Made by a program: the position numbers and the translations under genes
Notes under the pieces: generated by a model
Seen by the model: the letters and a program-made list of their open reading frames with translations, nothing else
Told to the model about the DNA's origin: nothing
The model's database searches: none
From: Clostridia bacterium
Lineage (GTDB): Bacteria; Bacillota; Clostridia; Christensenellales; CAG-138
Reading direction: 5' to 3'
Assembly: GCA_017539215.1 (NCBI GenBank)
Contig: JAFYHI010000032.1
Location: forward strand, 1-60,760
DNA length: 60,760 bases
Shown: one piece after another, positions 28,603 to 38,589 of the stretch
Numbering within the stretch: position 1 is the first letter of the stretch
How the letters are laid out: the number at the start of each line of letters is the position of its first letter

Positions 28603-29349
28603 TCAATGCCCCCTGCAGCAAAGATTGCACATCATATTCGCACACAGCGCCGAAGCGCACAGCCCGCAGCAGCTTATATCGGAGCCGCGAGCGGTCCAGG
28701 TCCTGCCGGCGCCGCCCGCCCCGCGAAGCGACGAGAGCGCGCTCCTGTATTCGGCGTTGTCGGGGTCCATCCCGCAGGCGCGGTTGATATGCTCGTACGC
28801 CTTGGCGTATTCGCCCCGCCTGTACCTGCACATTCCGTAAAGGAAGTGCCATTCCGCGTTGCGCAGGGGAACGGCGCTCAGCACGGCCTCGGCCTCGTCT
28901 ATGCGCCCCGCGTTTATAAACGAGCGCGCCTTCGCAAACTCCGCCGCATAGCTGCCGGAGTAGCTGCCCTGCTGCCTGCCGTACGCGCTCTGCCCGTAGC
29001 TGCCGTAGGAACCGAACCCTCCGAAAGGCCCGTACCCGGGGCCGTAAGCGCCGGAACCGTAGGTGCCGGAGCCGTATCCGCCGTAGGAGCTTTGGGAGTA
29101 TCCTCCCGAGGGGCGGCCCTGCGTATAGCCGCCGGAGCCCTGCGAATACCCGCCGGAGGAGCCGGAAGGCTTTTTTGTGAGCAGGTCGTACGCGGCGTTT
29201 ATCTGCTTCATCTTATCCTCCGCCTGCTTTTTAAGGTCGGAGTCCTGATAACGGTCGGGGTGGTATTTTTTTACAAGCGCCATATAGGCGGCTCTGATCT
29301 CCTCCTGAGTCGCGGAGGGCGAAACGCCCAGTACCTTATAGGGATCCAT
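28603..29349 (-). CDS. J-domain protein with G/S/Y-rich linker, TPR-like segment and Cys-rich tail
   Basis: MDPYKVLGV, KYHPD, INAAYD; AEWHFLYG..DPDNAEY; CCGLCASALCANMMCNLCC. Confidence 0.88.
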   Translation of the reverse strand: MDPYKVLGVSPSATQEEIRAAYMALVKKYHPDRYQDSDLKKQAEDKMKQINAAYDLLTKKPSGSSGGYSQGSGGYTQGRPSGGYSQSSYGGYGSGTYGSGAYGPGYGPFGGFGSYGSYGQSAYGRQQGSYSGSYAAEFAKARSFINAGRIDEAEAVLSAVPLRNAEWHFLYGMCRYRRGEYAKAYEHINRACGMDPDNAEYRSALSSLRGAGGAGRTWTARGSDISCCGLCASALCANMMCNLCCRGH

Positions 29350-30235
29350 CGTTTGCCTCCCCTTCCGCGGCCGCCGGGCCGTCCGTTTTAAGCCTGTCTT
29401 TTTTGCGCTTGCCTTCGCCGCGCAGCACCTCGGACGCCCTTGCCGCAAGCCCCATGTACATTATGTTGTCAAGAAGCGGCTTGTTTGAGACGAGGTCCAA
29501 AAGGTCGTACGCCAGCACTGCGGAGTTTATGTACATATCGAGCATGGCTTCGCAGGTGGCGCGGGGGTCTTCGGCGCCGCCGCGCAGGAATATGTTGTAG
29601 CCTCCCCTGCGGCGGTCCTCCTCCAGGTCGTCCCACGCGTCGGTTATGTAGATGTACCCGCCGAGCTTGCGTCCCAGCTCGTAAAGCAGGGACTTTTGTG
29701 CGTCCGCCAAATTGGGACAGGCGGCAAACAGCCCGCCCAGAACCTCGCCGAAGGCCAGCGGAGCGGCGTCCGCGTCGCATTCGGGCGCGGATTCTATGCC
29801 GCCCAGCCGGGCGAGCCCCTCTTTAAGCACCCTTTCGGTCTCGGGATATTTCCTGGCGGCACGGCGGCAGCCCCCCGCAATGGCGGGCTCAAGCGCACGC
29901 CGCAGCGGCCTGCCGTCGCGCGCGTCGTCCAAAAGCTTGTATTTTGCAAGCAGCACGCAGACTGCCGCGCAGTAGTCGATGACCGGCCCTTCCTTAACGG
30001 TGGGGACCCTGCCGCGGGTCGGATGCATGGCGCAGGAACGCCGCTCGAATTCGGGTTCCGCTCCCGCGGCGGCGGTCAAAAGGGCCGCGGCAAACGCGCC
30101 GTCGTAGGTGAGCGACAGCTTGCTGCCAAGGCCGTACCTGCCCAATGCGCGGCACAGGCCGCAGTAATAGGCCCTGTACAGTTCGTTGTCCCGCATTTTA
30201 AGCTCCGGGACGAACGGGGTAATGTAACCGAACAT
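29336..30235 (-). CDS. DUF5685 family protein
   Basis: MFGYI, YRAYYCGLCRAL, LTYD, YITDAWDDLEED..YN. Confidence 0.8.
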   Translation of the reverse strand: MFGYITPFVPELKMRDNELYRAYYCGLCRALGRYGLGSKLSLTYDGAFAAALLTAAAGAEPEFERRSCAMHPTRGRVPTVKEGPVIDYCAAVCVLLAKYKLLDDARDGRPLRRALEPAIAGGCRRAARKYPETERVLKEGLARLGGIESAPECDADAAPLAFGEVLGGLFAACPNLADAQKSLLYELGRKLGGYIYITDAWDDLEEDRRRGGYNIFLRGGAEDPRATCEAMLDMYINSAVLAYDLLDLVSNKPLLDNIMYMGLAARASEVLRGEGKRKKDRLKTDGPAAAEGEANDGSL

Positions 30236-30468
30236 AATATGCCCCTTGACGATTGATGGGTTTATTATAAATAAAAAAGAAGCGCTTTTCAACAGCTCCC
30301 GCGTAAAAAATGCGTAAAGCCGCATAAATGCCCCGACGCAGCCCCCGAATGAGATATTATCCTGAATTTGCAAAAAAACTCTTTATTTTCCGTGCGGTAT
30401 CTGCTATAATGACTATACTAACCGAGCTATGTGCTTTGACGCATGGACGGAATCTTAGGAGGAAGAAA

Positions 30469-31587
30469 ATGAAAAAGTATCTTGCTATCATGCTGGTGCT
30501 GGTCATGGCGCTTGCCGCGTTTGCCGGCTGCACCAAGAAGCCCGCTGAGCCTACTGAGCCCGATCAGCCCGCTGACGGTACCGCAGACATCGCCTTCGTC
30601 ACCGACGTAGGTCAGCTCATGGACAAGTCCTTCAACCAGGGCACCTGGGAAGGCTGCGAAAAGTACGCCAAGGACAACGGTAAGGTTGCCAAGTACTATC
30701 AGCCCGCCAACGGCGAGAACGCCACCGACGCCGACCGCTTCGAGGCCATGAAGGCCGCCGTCGACAGCGGCGCCAAGATCGTCGTAGCCGCCGGCTTCAT
30801 GCAGGCCAACGCCCTCACTCAGGCTGCCAAGACCTATCCCGACGTCAAGTTCGTGTTCATCGACGGTTGGGCGCTCACCGACGGTGAGAACGGCCCCGTT
30901 CTCGACAACGTTGCCGGTATCGCTTACAAAGAGGAGCAGGCCGGTTACTTCGCCGGTTACGCAGTAGTCATGGAAGGCTTCACCAAGCTGGGCTTCTGCG
31001 GCGGCGGCGGCGGCACCAATCCTGCGTGCTGCCGTTACGGCTACGGCTTCGTTCAGGGCGCCGAGGCGGCTGCTGCCGTCAAGGGTGCCGACGTTGAGGT
31101 CAAGTACTCCTGGCAGTACGGTGAGAGCTTCTCCGCTTCTCCCGAGCTTCAGGCCATGGCTGCCGGCTGGTACGAGGACGGCACCGAGATCATCTTCGCC
31201 TGCGGCGGTTCCATGTTCTCTTCCATCACCGCTGCCGCGTCCGCTAACGACAAGAAGGTCGTCGGCGTTGACGTTGACCAGAGCCCCGAGTCCAGCACCG
31301 TCGTTACCTCCGCTATGAAGGGCCTCTCCAACTCCGTCGTATGGGCTATCAGCAAGTTCTACGAGGATAAGTGGGCCGAGATCGGCGGTCAGAACGTATC
31401 CCTGGGCGTAGCCGATGACGCCGTTGGCCTCCCCACCGAGACCTGGTCTCTCCAGAACTGGACCGTTGACGAGTACAACACCCTGCTCGCCTCCGTAAAG
31501 GACGGCACCGTTACCGTTGACGCCAACTATCCCGAAGATATGAGCACCTATCAGGGTGAGCATGTCACCGTAACCGTCGTTAAGTAA
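30469..31587 (+). CDS. BMP family ABC substrate-binding lipoprotein (nucleoside)
   Basis: Lipobox FAGC, TDVGQLMDKSFNQG, EEQAGYFAGY, GVDVDQ, SAMK. Confidence 0.92.
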   Translation: MKKYLAIMLVLVMALAAFAGCTKKPAEPTEPDQPADGTADIAFVTDVGQLMDKSFNQGTWEGCEKYAKDNGKVAKYYQPANGENATDADRFEAMKAAVDSGAKIVVAAGFMQANALTQAAKTYPDVKFVFIDGWALTDGENGPVLDNVAGIAYKEEQAGYFAGYAVVMEGFTKLGFCGGGGGTNPACCRYGYGFVQGAEAAAAVKGADVEVKYSWQYGESFSASPELQAMAAGWYEDGTEIIFACGGSMFSSITAAASANDKKVVGVDVDQSPESSTVVTSAMKGLSNSVVWAISKFYEDKWAEIGGQNVSLGVADDAVGLPTETWSLQNWTVDEYNTLLASVKDGTVTVDANYPEDMSTYQGEHVTVTVVK

Positions 31588-31733
31588 TCGACGCCTGTAA
31601 AGCGGGGCCCGCGGGTCCCGCTTTTTTTGTGCCATAAACGCCATAAACCGCATTATTGCGCTTGCAATTTGCGCTCCTTCCATATATAATTAAGGGGTTA
31701 ATAACCCTACTGGGTCAAAAGGGAGGGCATTAG

Positions 31734-33296
31734 ATGGAGCAAGCATCCGCAGGGGCATACCCCTATGTTATCGAAATGCTGCATATCACCAAGGAGTTCC
31801 CGGGGATAAAGGCAAACGATGACATCACTTTGCAGCTCAAACGGGGGGAGATACACGCGCTTCTGGGCGAAAACGGCGCGGGTAAATCCACGCTTATGAG
31901 CGTGCTTTTCGGCCTGTATCAGCCCGAACAGGGCGAGATACGCAAGGACGGCAAGGTCGTTCGCATAAAGGACCCGAACGACGCGACTGCGCTGAACATA
32001 GGCATGGTGCATCAGCACTTCAAGCTTATCGAGGTGTTCTCGGTACTCGACAACATAATACTCGGCGCAGAGGATACCAAACTCGGGTTCCTTCAAAAGA
32101 AGGAGGCCCGCAAAAAGGTCAAGGCTCTGTCCGAAAAGTACGGCCTGCGCATCGACATGGACGCCAAGGTCGAGGATATAACCGTTGGTATGCAGCAGCG
32201 CGTGGAGATACTGAAGATGCTCTACCGCGACAACGACATACTCATTTTCGATGAACCCACCGCAGTCCTGACCCCGCAGGAGATAGAGGAGCTGATGCAG
32301 ATCATGCGCAACCTCAAGGCCGAGGGCAAGAGCATATTGTTCATATCGCATAAGCTCAACGAGATAATGGAGGTCTCGGACCGCGTTACGGTCCTGCGCA
32401 AGGGCAGGTGCGTCGGCACGGTCGACACCTCCTCCACCACCAAGGAAAAGCTCTCCGAAATGATGGTAGGCCGCCCCGTGCAGCTTGTCGTCGAAAAGGG
32501 CGAGGCGCATCCCTCCGACGTAGTGCTTAAGATAGAGGGGCTTTCCGTGCCCTCCAAGATACACAAGAACGACGCGGTCAGGAACGTTTCGCTTGAGGTG
32601 CGCAAGGGCGAGATAGTCTGTATAGCGGGCATCGACGGCAACGGCCAGACAGAGTTCGTCCACGCGCTGACCGGGCTTGAAAAGGCCTCCGCGGGGCGCA
32701 TAACGCTCTGCGGCAAGGATATAACGCACGCGTCCATACGCAAGCGTTCGCTTACCGGCATGAGTCATATCCCCGAGGACAGGCATAAGCACGGCATGGT
32801 GCTTGATTTTACGCTGGAGCAGAATTTGGTGCTGCAGCGGTATTTCGAGCCGCAGTTCCAAAACCACGGGTTTATCAAGTTCAACGCCGTGCGCGAGTAC
32901 GCGGACAAGCTTATAGAGCGCTTTGACGTGCGCAGCGGTCAGGGGCCCGTCACAAAGGCGCGCTCCATGTCCGGCGGCAACCAGCAAAAGGCCATAGTCG
33001 CCCGTGAGCTCGACCGCAATATGCCGCTGGTCGTCGCGGTGCAGCCCACCCGCGGCCTTGACGTCGGCGCGATAGAGTACATCCATTCGCAGCTCGTCGC
33101 CCAGCGCGACGAGGGCAAGGCGGTGCTGCTCGTGTCGCTTGAGCTCGAGGAGGTCATGAACCTGTCCGACCGCATACTCGTCATGTACGAGGGCGAAATA
33201 GTCGGCGAGCTGGATCCCAAAAAGACCACCACTCAGGAGCTCGGCCTTTATATGGCCGGCGCCAAGAGGCAGGATAAGGAGGCCAAGGCCGAATGA
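31734..33296 (+). CDS. Nucleoside ABC transporter ATP-binding protein (NupA-like)
   Basis: GENGAGKST, DEPTAVLTPQE, SGGNQQK, QPTRGLDVGA. Confidence 0.93.
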   Translation: MEQASAGAYPYVIEMLHITKEFPGIKANDDITLQLKRGEIHALLGENGAGKSTLMSVLFGLYQPEQGEIRKDGKVVRIKDPNDATALNIGMVHQHFKLIEVFSVLDNIILGAEDTKLGFLQKKEARKKVKALSEKYGLRIDMDAKVEDITVGMQQRVEILKMLYRDNDILIFDEPTAVLTPQEIEELMQIMRNLKAEGKSILFISHKLNEIMEVSDRVTVLRKGRCVGTVDTSSTTKEKLSEMMVGRPVQLVVEKGEAHPSDVVLKIEGLSVPSKIHKNDAVRNVSLEVRKGEIVCIAGIDGNGQTEFVHALTGLEKASAGRITLCGKDITHASIRKRSLTGMSHIPEDRHKHGMVLDFTLEQNLVLQRYFEPQFQNHGFIKFNAVREYADKLIERFDVRSGQGPVTKARSMSGGNQQKAIVARELDRNMPLVVAVQPTRGLDVGAIEYIHSQLVAQRDEGKAVLLVSLELEEVMNLSDRILVMYEGEIVGELDPKKTTTQELGLYMAGAKRQDKEAKAE

Positions 33297-34552
33297 AAAC
33301 ACGCAGCTTCTTCAACAAAGACGGCACAAAGTCCGTCCTGTCAACGCTGATATCCATACTTATCGGTCTGATTGCGGGCGCTTTGATAATACTCATCGTG
33401 GGCCTGGTCGACGATAAGCTCGGCCTTAAAGAGGCATGGAAGGGTATCCGACTGATATTCTTCGGTCTCTTCTCAAAGGGCCAGCAGGCCGGCAGACTGG
33501 TGTTCGGCTTTAACTCCACCAACATAGGCGATATGCTCTTCCGCGCCGTGCCCATCATCATGACGGGTCTCTCGGTGTCGCTTGCGTACAAGACGGGCCT
33601 TTTCAACATCGGCGCATCGGGTCAGTACCTTGCGGGCACCACGGCGGCGCTCTTTATAGCCCTTAAGATGAACACCGCGGTCGTGGCTCCGTGGATCGTG
33701 TGGATACTCGCCTTCTTCGGCGGTATGCTCGCGGGCGCCTTCTGGGGTGCGATACCCGGCATGCTGAAGGCGTTCCTCAACATCAACGAGGTGCTTGCCT
33801 GCATAATGACCAACTGGCTTGCGGCAAACATAGTCACATGGGTGTTCGAGGGCAGCGGCCTGCAGTGCACGGAGGGAACCAAGACCCAGGTCATCTGGAA
33901 AACGTCGCATAACGGCGTCGCCACAGCCAAGATGGGCCTTGACAAACTCTTCCCCGAGTCTCAGCAGGTCGACGGCGGCATAATCGTCGTCATACTCATT
34001 GCCATTCTCATCTATATACTGCTGACCAAAACCACGCTCGGCTTCGAGCTTAAGGCCTGCGGCGCCAACCGCCATTCCGCAAGGTACGCGGGCATAAAGG
34101 ACAAGCGAAGCATTGTGCTTTCCATGGCGATAGCGGGCGCGCTTGCCGGCGCGGGCGCGGCGCTCTACTACCTGTCCGGCTCCACCGAGTTCCATTGGCA
34201 GACCTATCTCTCGCTCCCCGGCGAGGGCTTTACGGGCATAGCGGTCGCGCTGCTGGGCGCCTGCAACCCGATAGCCAACATCTTTACCGGCATGTTCCTT
34301 TCAACGCTGGACGTGGCGGGCAGCAAGCTGTCGTTCTTTACGGAGTATAACGAGTACATCACCGACGTCATAATCGCCGTCATCGTGTACCTGTCCGCGT
34401 TCAGCCTGCTCATTAAGACCTGGCTTACCAAAAAGTTCAAAAAGTCCGACGACGGCTTCAGAAAGATACCCGACGTGGCGTACACCTCCAAGTCCGGACA
34501 GGGGGATAAGCTCCCGAATGCCGCCGCAGCAGGAAAGGAGGGCAATGCGTAA
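33293..34552 (+). CDS. Nucleoside ABC transporter permease
   Basis: GLFNIGASGQY, INEVLACIMTN, GFELKACGAN. Confidence 0.9.
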   Translation: MKTRSFFNKDGTKSVLSTLISILIGLIAGALIILIVGLVDDKLGLKEAWKGIRLIFFGLFSKGQQAGRLVFGFNSTNIGDMLFRAVPIIMTGLSVSLAYKTGLFNIGASGQYLAGTTAALFIALKMNTAVVAPWIVWILAFFGGMLAGAFWGAIPGMLKAFLNINEVLACIMTNWLAANIVTWVFEGSGLQCTEGTKTQVIWKTSHNGVATAKMGLDKLFPESQQVDGGIIVVILIAILIYILLTKTTLGFELKACGANRHSARYAGIKDKRSIVLSMAIAGALAGAGAALYYLSGSTEFHWQTYLSLPGEGFTGIAVALLGACNPIANIFTGMFLSTLDVAGSKLSFFTEYNEYITDVIIAVIVYLSAFSLLIKTWLTKKFKKSDDGFRKIPDVAYTSKSGQGDKLPNAAAAGKEGNA

Positions 34553-35601
34553 TGTCGTACCTTATTCAGCAAACTCTCATCTACGCCATACCCCTCATGA
34601 TAGTCGCGCTTGCGGGCGTGTTCGCCGAGCGCAGCGGCATCATAAACTTAGCACTTGAGGGCATTATGATATTCGGCGCCTTTATAGGCGTGCTGTTCGT
34701 GCATCTGTGCCAGAAGTACGGCGTGTTCGAGCTGCTCCCGCAGTACGCCAACTGGGGCTCGATGCAGCTTTTCGAGATACTCGGCATGGTGGCCTCCGGC
34801 CTGCTGGGAGCTGCGTTCGCGCTGCTTCTGGGCTTTGCGGCGATAAACCTCAAGGCCGACCAGACGATCAGCGGCACTGCGCTCAATATGCTCGCTCCCG
34901 CGATCGTGCTGTTCTTCGTACGCATCATCGCCAATCAGGAGGAGCTGCGTCTTTATAAAGGTGATGCAGCGGAGTGGTTCATGGTGAAAAAGGGCATGCT
35001 CGGACTTGAAGCAAAGGACAATTTCGTTGTAAACACGTTCTTCAACAAGTTCTATCTTGCCACCTACGTCTGCATACTGCTGTTCATCGTGTGCTCGATA
35101 ATTCTGTATAAGACGAGGTTCGGCTTAAGGCTCCGCTCCTGCGGCGAAAACCCGCAGGCCGCAGACTCGCTGGGCATCAACGTGCGCAGGATGCGCTACT
35201 CCGGCGTGCTCATCTCCGGCTTCCTTGCCGGCATGGGCGGGTTCGTGTATGCGCTCACCACCTCCAACTGCATGTCCAACGGCGACGTGGCGGGCTTCGG
35301 CTTCCTCGCTCTTGCCGTTATGATATTCGGCAACTGGAAGCCGCTCAACATCGCGGGCGCCGCGCTGCTGTTCGGCCTGTTCAAATGCCTTGCCGCCGGA
35401 TACAGCTCCATCGACATCAACGGAGACGGCGTAAAGCTCCTGTTCGAGCTTTCCAAGCATCCCACATGGGGCAAGGTCTTAAACCCCAACTTCTACCGCA
35501 TGCTCCCGTACCTCATCTCGCTGCTGGTGCTTGCCTTCACAAGCAAGAAGTCCCGCGCGCCCAAGGCCGAGGGCATACCCTACGACAAGGGCCAAAGGTA
35601 A
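34552..35601 (+). CDS. Nucleoside ABC transporter permease
   Basis: ERSGIINLALEG, GLRLRSCGENPQAADSLGINV, IFGNWKP. Confidence 0.9.
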   Translation: MSYLIQQTLIYAIPLMIVALAGVFAERSGIINLALEGIMIFGAFIGVLFVHLCQKYGVFELLPQYANWGSMQLFEILGMVASGLLGAAFALLLGFAAINLKADQTISGTALNMLAPAIVLFFVRIIANQEELRLYKGDAAEWFMVKKGMLGLEAKDNFVVNTFFNKFYLATYVCILLFIVCSIILYKTRFGLRLRSCGENPQAADSLGINVRRMRYSGVLISGFLAGMGGFVYALTTSNCMSNGDVAGFGFLALAVMIFGNWKPLNIAGAALLFGLFKCLAAGYSSIDINGDGVKLLFELSKHPTWGKVLNPNFYRMLPYLISLLVLAFTSKKSRAPKAEGIPYDKGQR

Positions 35602-35782
35602 AGGCGTCGACCCAAGAAAGGGGCTCCGCGGTGCGGGGCCCTTTGGCTTCCCACGAAAAAGGGACGGCAAGGGCAATTCCTGCCGTAAAGCTTGCATTTT
35701 AGGGGCGGATATGGTATAATCCCCCACATATAGGGAAAAGGGGGCGTTTTGGCCCCCGCAAACGGCAGATTCGGAGGTCACG

Positions 35783-36346
35783 ATGGCAAAGCTCTATTTC
35801 AGATACGGCGCAATGAGCTCTTCCAAGACCGCGCAGGCGATCATGGTAAAGTACAACTATGGCGAACGCGGGCAGAAGGCGCTGCTTGTAAAGCCCGCCA
35901 TCGATACAAGGGACGGGGTCCGCACCATACGCTCCCGCAGCGGGCTGACGGATGAATGCGTGCTGTTCTCCGAAATGCCCGTCGAGGCGATACGCGCTCA
36001 CGAGTACGACTGCGTTATAGTGGATGAGGCGCAGTTTTTGAGCAAAGACGAGGTGTTCCTTCTCATCGACTTCGTGGACAAATACAATGTGCCCGTGATC
36101 TGCTACGGTCTGAGGACCGATTTCAGGGGCGAGTTCTTTGAGGGCAGCAAGTGGCTCATGGCCATGGCGGACACCATTGAGGAGATAAAAACGATCTGCT
36201 GGTGCGGCAAAAAAGCCATTATGAACGCGAGGCTCGACGGCAAAGGCGGCGTTACCCGCGTTGGCGAGCAGGTAGTGCTCGGCGCGGATGACAAGTACAT
36301 CGGGCTTTGCCGCAAGCATTGGGAAGAAGGGAGGATCTGCAAATGA
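35783..36346 (+). CDS. tdk: Thymidine kinase
   Basis: YGAMSSSKT, VDEAQF, YGLRTDF, CWCG..LCRKH. Confidence 0.95.
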   Translation: MAKLYFRYGAMSSSKTAQAIMVKYNYGERGQKALLVKPAIDTRDGVRTIRSRSGLTDECVLFSEMPVEAIRAHEYDCVIVDEAQFLSKDEVFLLIDFVDKYNVPVICYGLRTDFRGEFFEGSKWLMAMADTIEEIKTICWCGKKAIMNARLDGKGGVTRVGEQVVLGADDKYIGLCRKHWEEGRICK

Positions 36347-36780
36347 GGTTTTATGTTTCCACCGGTATTTTCAGCGCACAGCGCGCGGCAGAGCTTGCCG
36401 ACGTTTTGAGGCGGCGCGGTCACGAGCAGACCTATGACTGGATGGAGCATGGCGACGTAAGGCGCGAGGGCGCTTCACGCATGGGCGAGGTCGCATTCAA
36501 CGAGCTTCGCGCCGTGCGCGATGCGGAGCTTGTGGTGGTGCTTTTGCCCGGCGGCAGCGGCACGCATACCGAGCTTGGCATGGCTATCGCCACAAGGAGC
36601 AATAAGCGCATAATCCTTTGGAGTGAAACAGGGGACGAGTTCAGCTTTGACGAGCGCACGTGCGCCTTCTATTTCCACCCCAGTATCGAGCGCGTGACCT
36701 GCTCTTTTGACGACCTGAAGCGTCTGCTCGACCGGGAGCAGATAGGAAGCGACCTGAACCGCGCTCTGCTCGATATGTAA
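36343..36780 (+). CDS. Nucleoside 2-deoxyribosyltransferase-like protein
   Basis: FYVST, TYDW, AVRDAELVVVLLPGGSGTHTELGMA; ATGA overlap with tdk. Confidence 0.7.
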   Translation: MRFYVSTGIFSAQRAAELADVLRRRGHEQTYDWMEHGDVRREGASRMGEVAFNELRAVRDAELVVVLLPGGSGTHTELGMAIATRSNKRIILWSETGDEFSFDERTCAFYFHPSIERVTCSFDDLKRLLDREQIGSDLNRALLDM

Positions 36781-36837
36781 AGAGCATTGAAATGAAAATG
36801 CCGCAGGCGGCCGCCTGCGGCATTTGTTGTGTTCGCT

Positions 36838-37791
36838 TTATTCATCCACAGCCGCCTCTGTGGGAACGGGGCTGACCCTGTCCGTCTGGCGGCAGTTTTC
36901 TGCGGCAAGGCTTTGCAGCATGACGTCCGCCGTGGTCTTGTCAAACGCCACCAGCTCGACCGTGAGCCATGTGTTCTCGGAGATGCGCCAGACGTAGCTC
37001 AGTTCGCCGGTATTCATAAGCCTGTACTTTGCAACGCCCACATCAAGGTCGTCCTCGGGCTCGTCGCTCAGACGGCATGTATAGTAGTAATCCTCGCCCC
37101 GCTCGCTCGTGCCCATGGCACGCACCGCAAGCGACTGGCTTTCGTCGGGGGGCGCCGCATCGTCGGCCAGCTCCATAAACGAGGGCAAAAGCTCCGGAAG
37201 CAGGCTGTCAATGTCGTCGGGCGGGGTCTCAAAGCTGCCAAGCTCGACGTAGCCCGTAATGCCTCCGCGCATCGCGGTCTCCGTGGGGAACAGCGTAGCT
37301 GCAGCCTCGGTCGGCGCAGGCTCATCGGTCGTGAACGGGGGATACTCCGAAGCTATAACGTAGGCGGGCTCCGTCGTGCCCTGCTCCGGTGCGGAGGTGG
37401 AGAGCACGTTCGTCGCCTTTACGGGATCCCCGGCGCTGTGGTTCTTGGAGTCGCTTACGTCGGCGGTTATCCCTTCGGGCGCGTTTTGCTCCGCAAACGG
37501 TAACGCCTTAAGCGCTGCAAGCACTCCCAGGCCCACTGCAAACACCGCGGCGGCGGTGCCGACCCCGGCAAGTATCGCCTTTATGGTGGGGCGGCGCTTC
37601 TTCGCGGCGGGGAACACCACGATCCCCTCCTGCCGTGCCATGGCCTTTATGCCTTTCAGCATGCCCGCGTAATCCACACCGGCGTTATCCGCCTCGGCAG
37701 CGCCTTTCAGCAGCCTGTCGACAGCGGCCTCTTCCGCAGGAGAGAGCGATTCGAACAATTCGTTGTTGTGCATATCATCATTCATAGTCAA
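36838..37791 (-). CDS. Putative anti-sigma factor (single TM)
   Basis: Overlaps the ECF sigma gene; one TM helix and an acidic extracellular region. Confidence 0.55.
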   Translation of the reverse strand: MTMNDDMHNNELFESLSPAEEAAVDRLLKGAAEADNAGVDYAGMLKGIKAMARQEGIVVFPAAKKRRPTIKAILAGVGTAAAVFAVGLGVLAALKALPFAEQNAPEGITADVSDSKNHSAGDPVKATNVLSTSAPEQGTTEPAYVIASEYPPFTTDEPAPTEAAATLFPTETAMRGGITGYVELGSFETPPDDIDSLLPELLPSFMELADDAAPPDESQSLAVRAMGTSERGEDYYYTCRLSDEPEDDLDVGVAKYRLMNTGELSYVWRISENTWLTVELVAFDKTTADVMLQSLAAENCRQTDRVSPVPTEAAVDE

Positions 37792-38302
37792 TACCCTTGG
37801 CGCGCAAATGCTTGGCCAATAACTTTCTTCCCCTGCTCATGCGAGATTTTACGGTCCCTTCCGAGACCGAAAGCGCCTCGGAGATCTCCGTAATGCTCAT
37901 GTCCGAATAGTAGTACATCATCAGTGGCTCGCGGTAAGTTTCGTCTATCGCGGCAAGCGCCCCGCGAACGGCCTCGGCCGCCTGAGAGCGCAGCACCTCG
38001 TCCTCGGGCGTGGCGGAGTTGTCGGCCACCTCTGCCCCAACGGGCTCGTCCGACAGCACCTCGTGACCCATGCGCCGCTTCATATCCAGAGCGGCATTGG
38101 TCGAGACGCGGTAAAGCCAACCCTTAAGCTGTGCATCGGGCAGCTTGGCCGCGGTATCCATGTTCTTGAGCACCGTGATGAACACGTTTTGCGTTACGTC
38201 CTCGGTAAGCTCCCTGTCGGAAAGAACACGGTAGGCAGCCCAGTACACAAGCCTGGAATAGTCATTATATATGCTGTCGAAATCACGTTCGGGCATATGC
38301 AT
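37778..38302 (-). CDS. ECF sigma-70 factor
   Basis: EDVTQNVF, KGWLYRVSTN, SITEISEALSVSEGTVKSRMSRGR. Confidence 0.9.
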   Translation of the reverse strand: MHMPERDFDSIYNDYSRLVYWAAYRVLSDRELTEDVTQNVFITVLKNMDTAAKLPDAQLKGWLYRVSTNAALDMKRRMGHEVLSDEPVGAEVADNSATPEDEVLRSQAAEAVRGALAAIDETYREPLMMYYYSDMSITEISEALSVSEGTVKSRMSRGRKLLAKHLRAKGIDYE

Positions 38303-38589
38303 CGATCCTCCGCCCGGCATACGGCCCCCTTGCCGGACTCTGTTTATATAACGCACGAAAGGGCAAAATGGTTCCCGAAAAATCGAATATATTGCCCCGT
38401 GCGCAGAATCAATTATATCAGAGCCGCGCACAAATATCAAGACGCGGCGTTCTGCACGGCTCCGCGTGTGAGCCGCTCATAAAAAAGCTTGCATTTCGCC
38501 CGAAAAGGTGTATAATATATGCGTAAAGTTTGTTGCGATTCAGAAACAAACAGTACGGGAACGACCTTTTTGGAGGCTTGGTCAATAAA

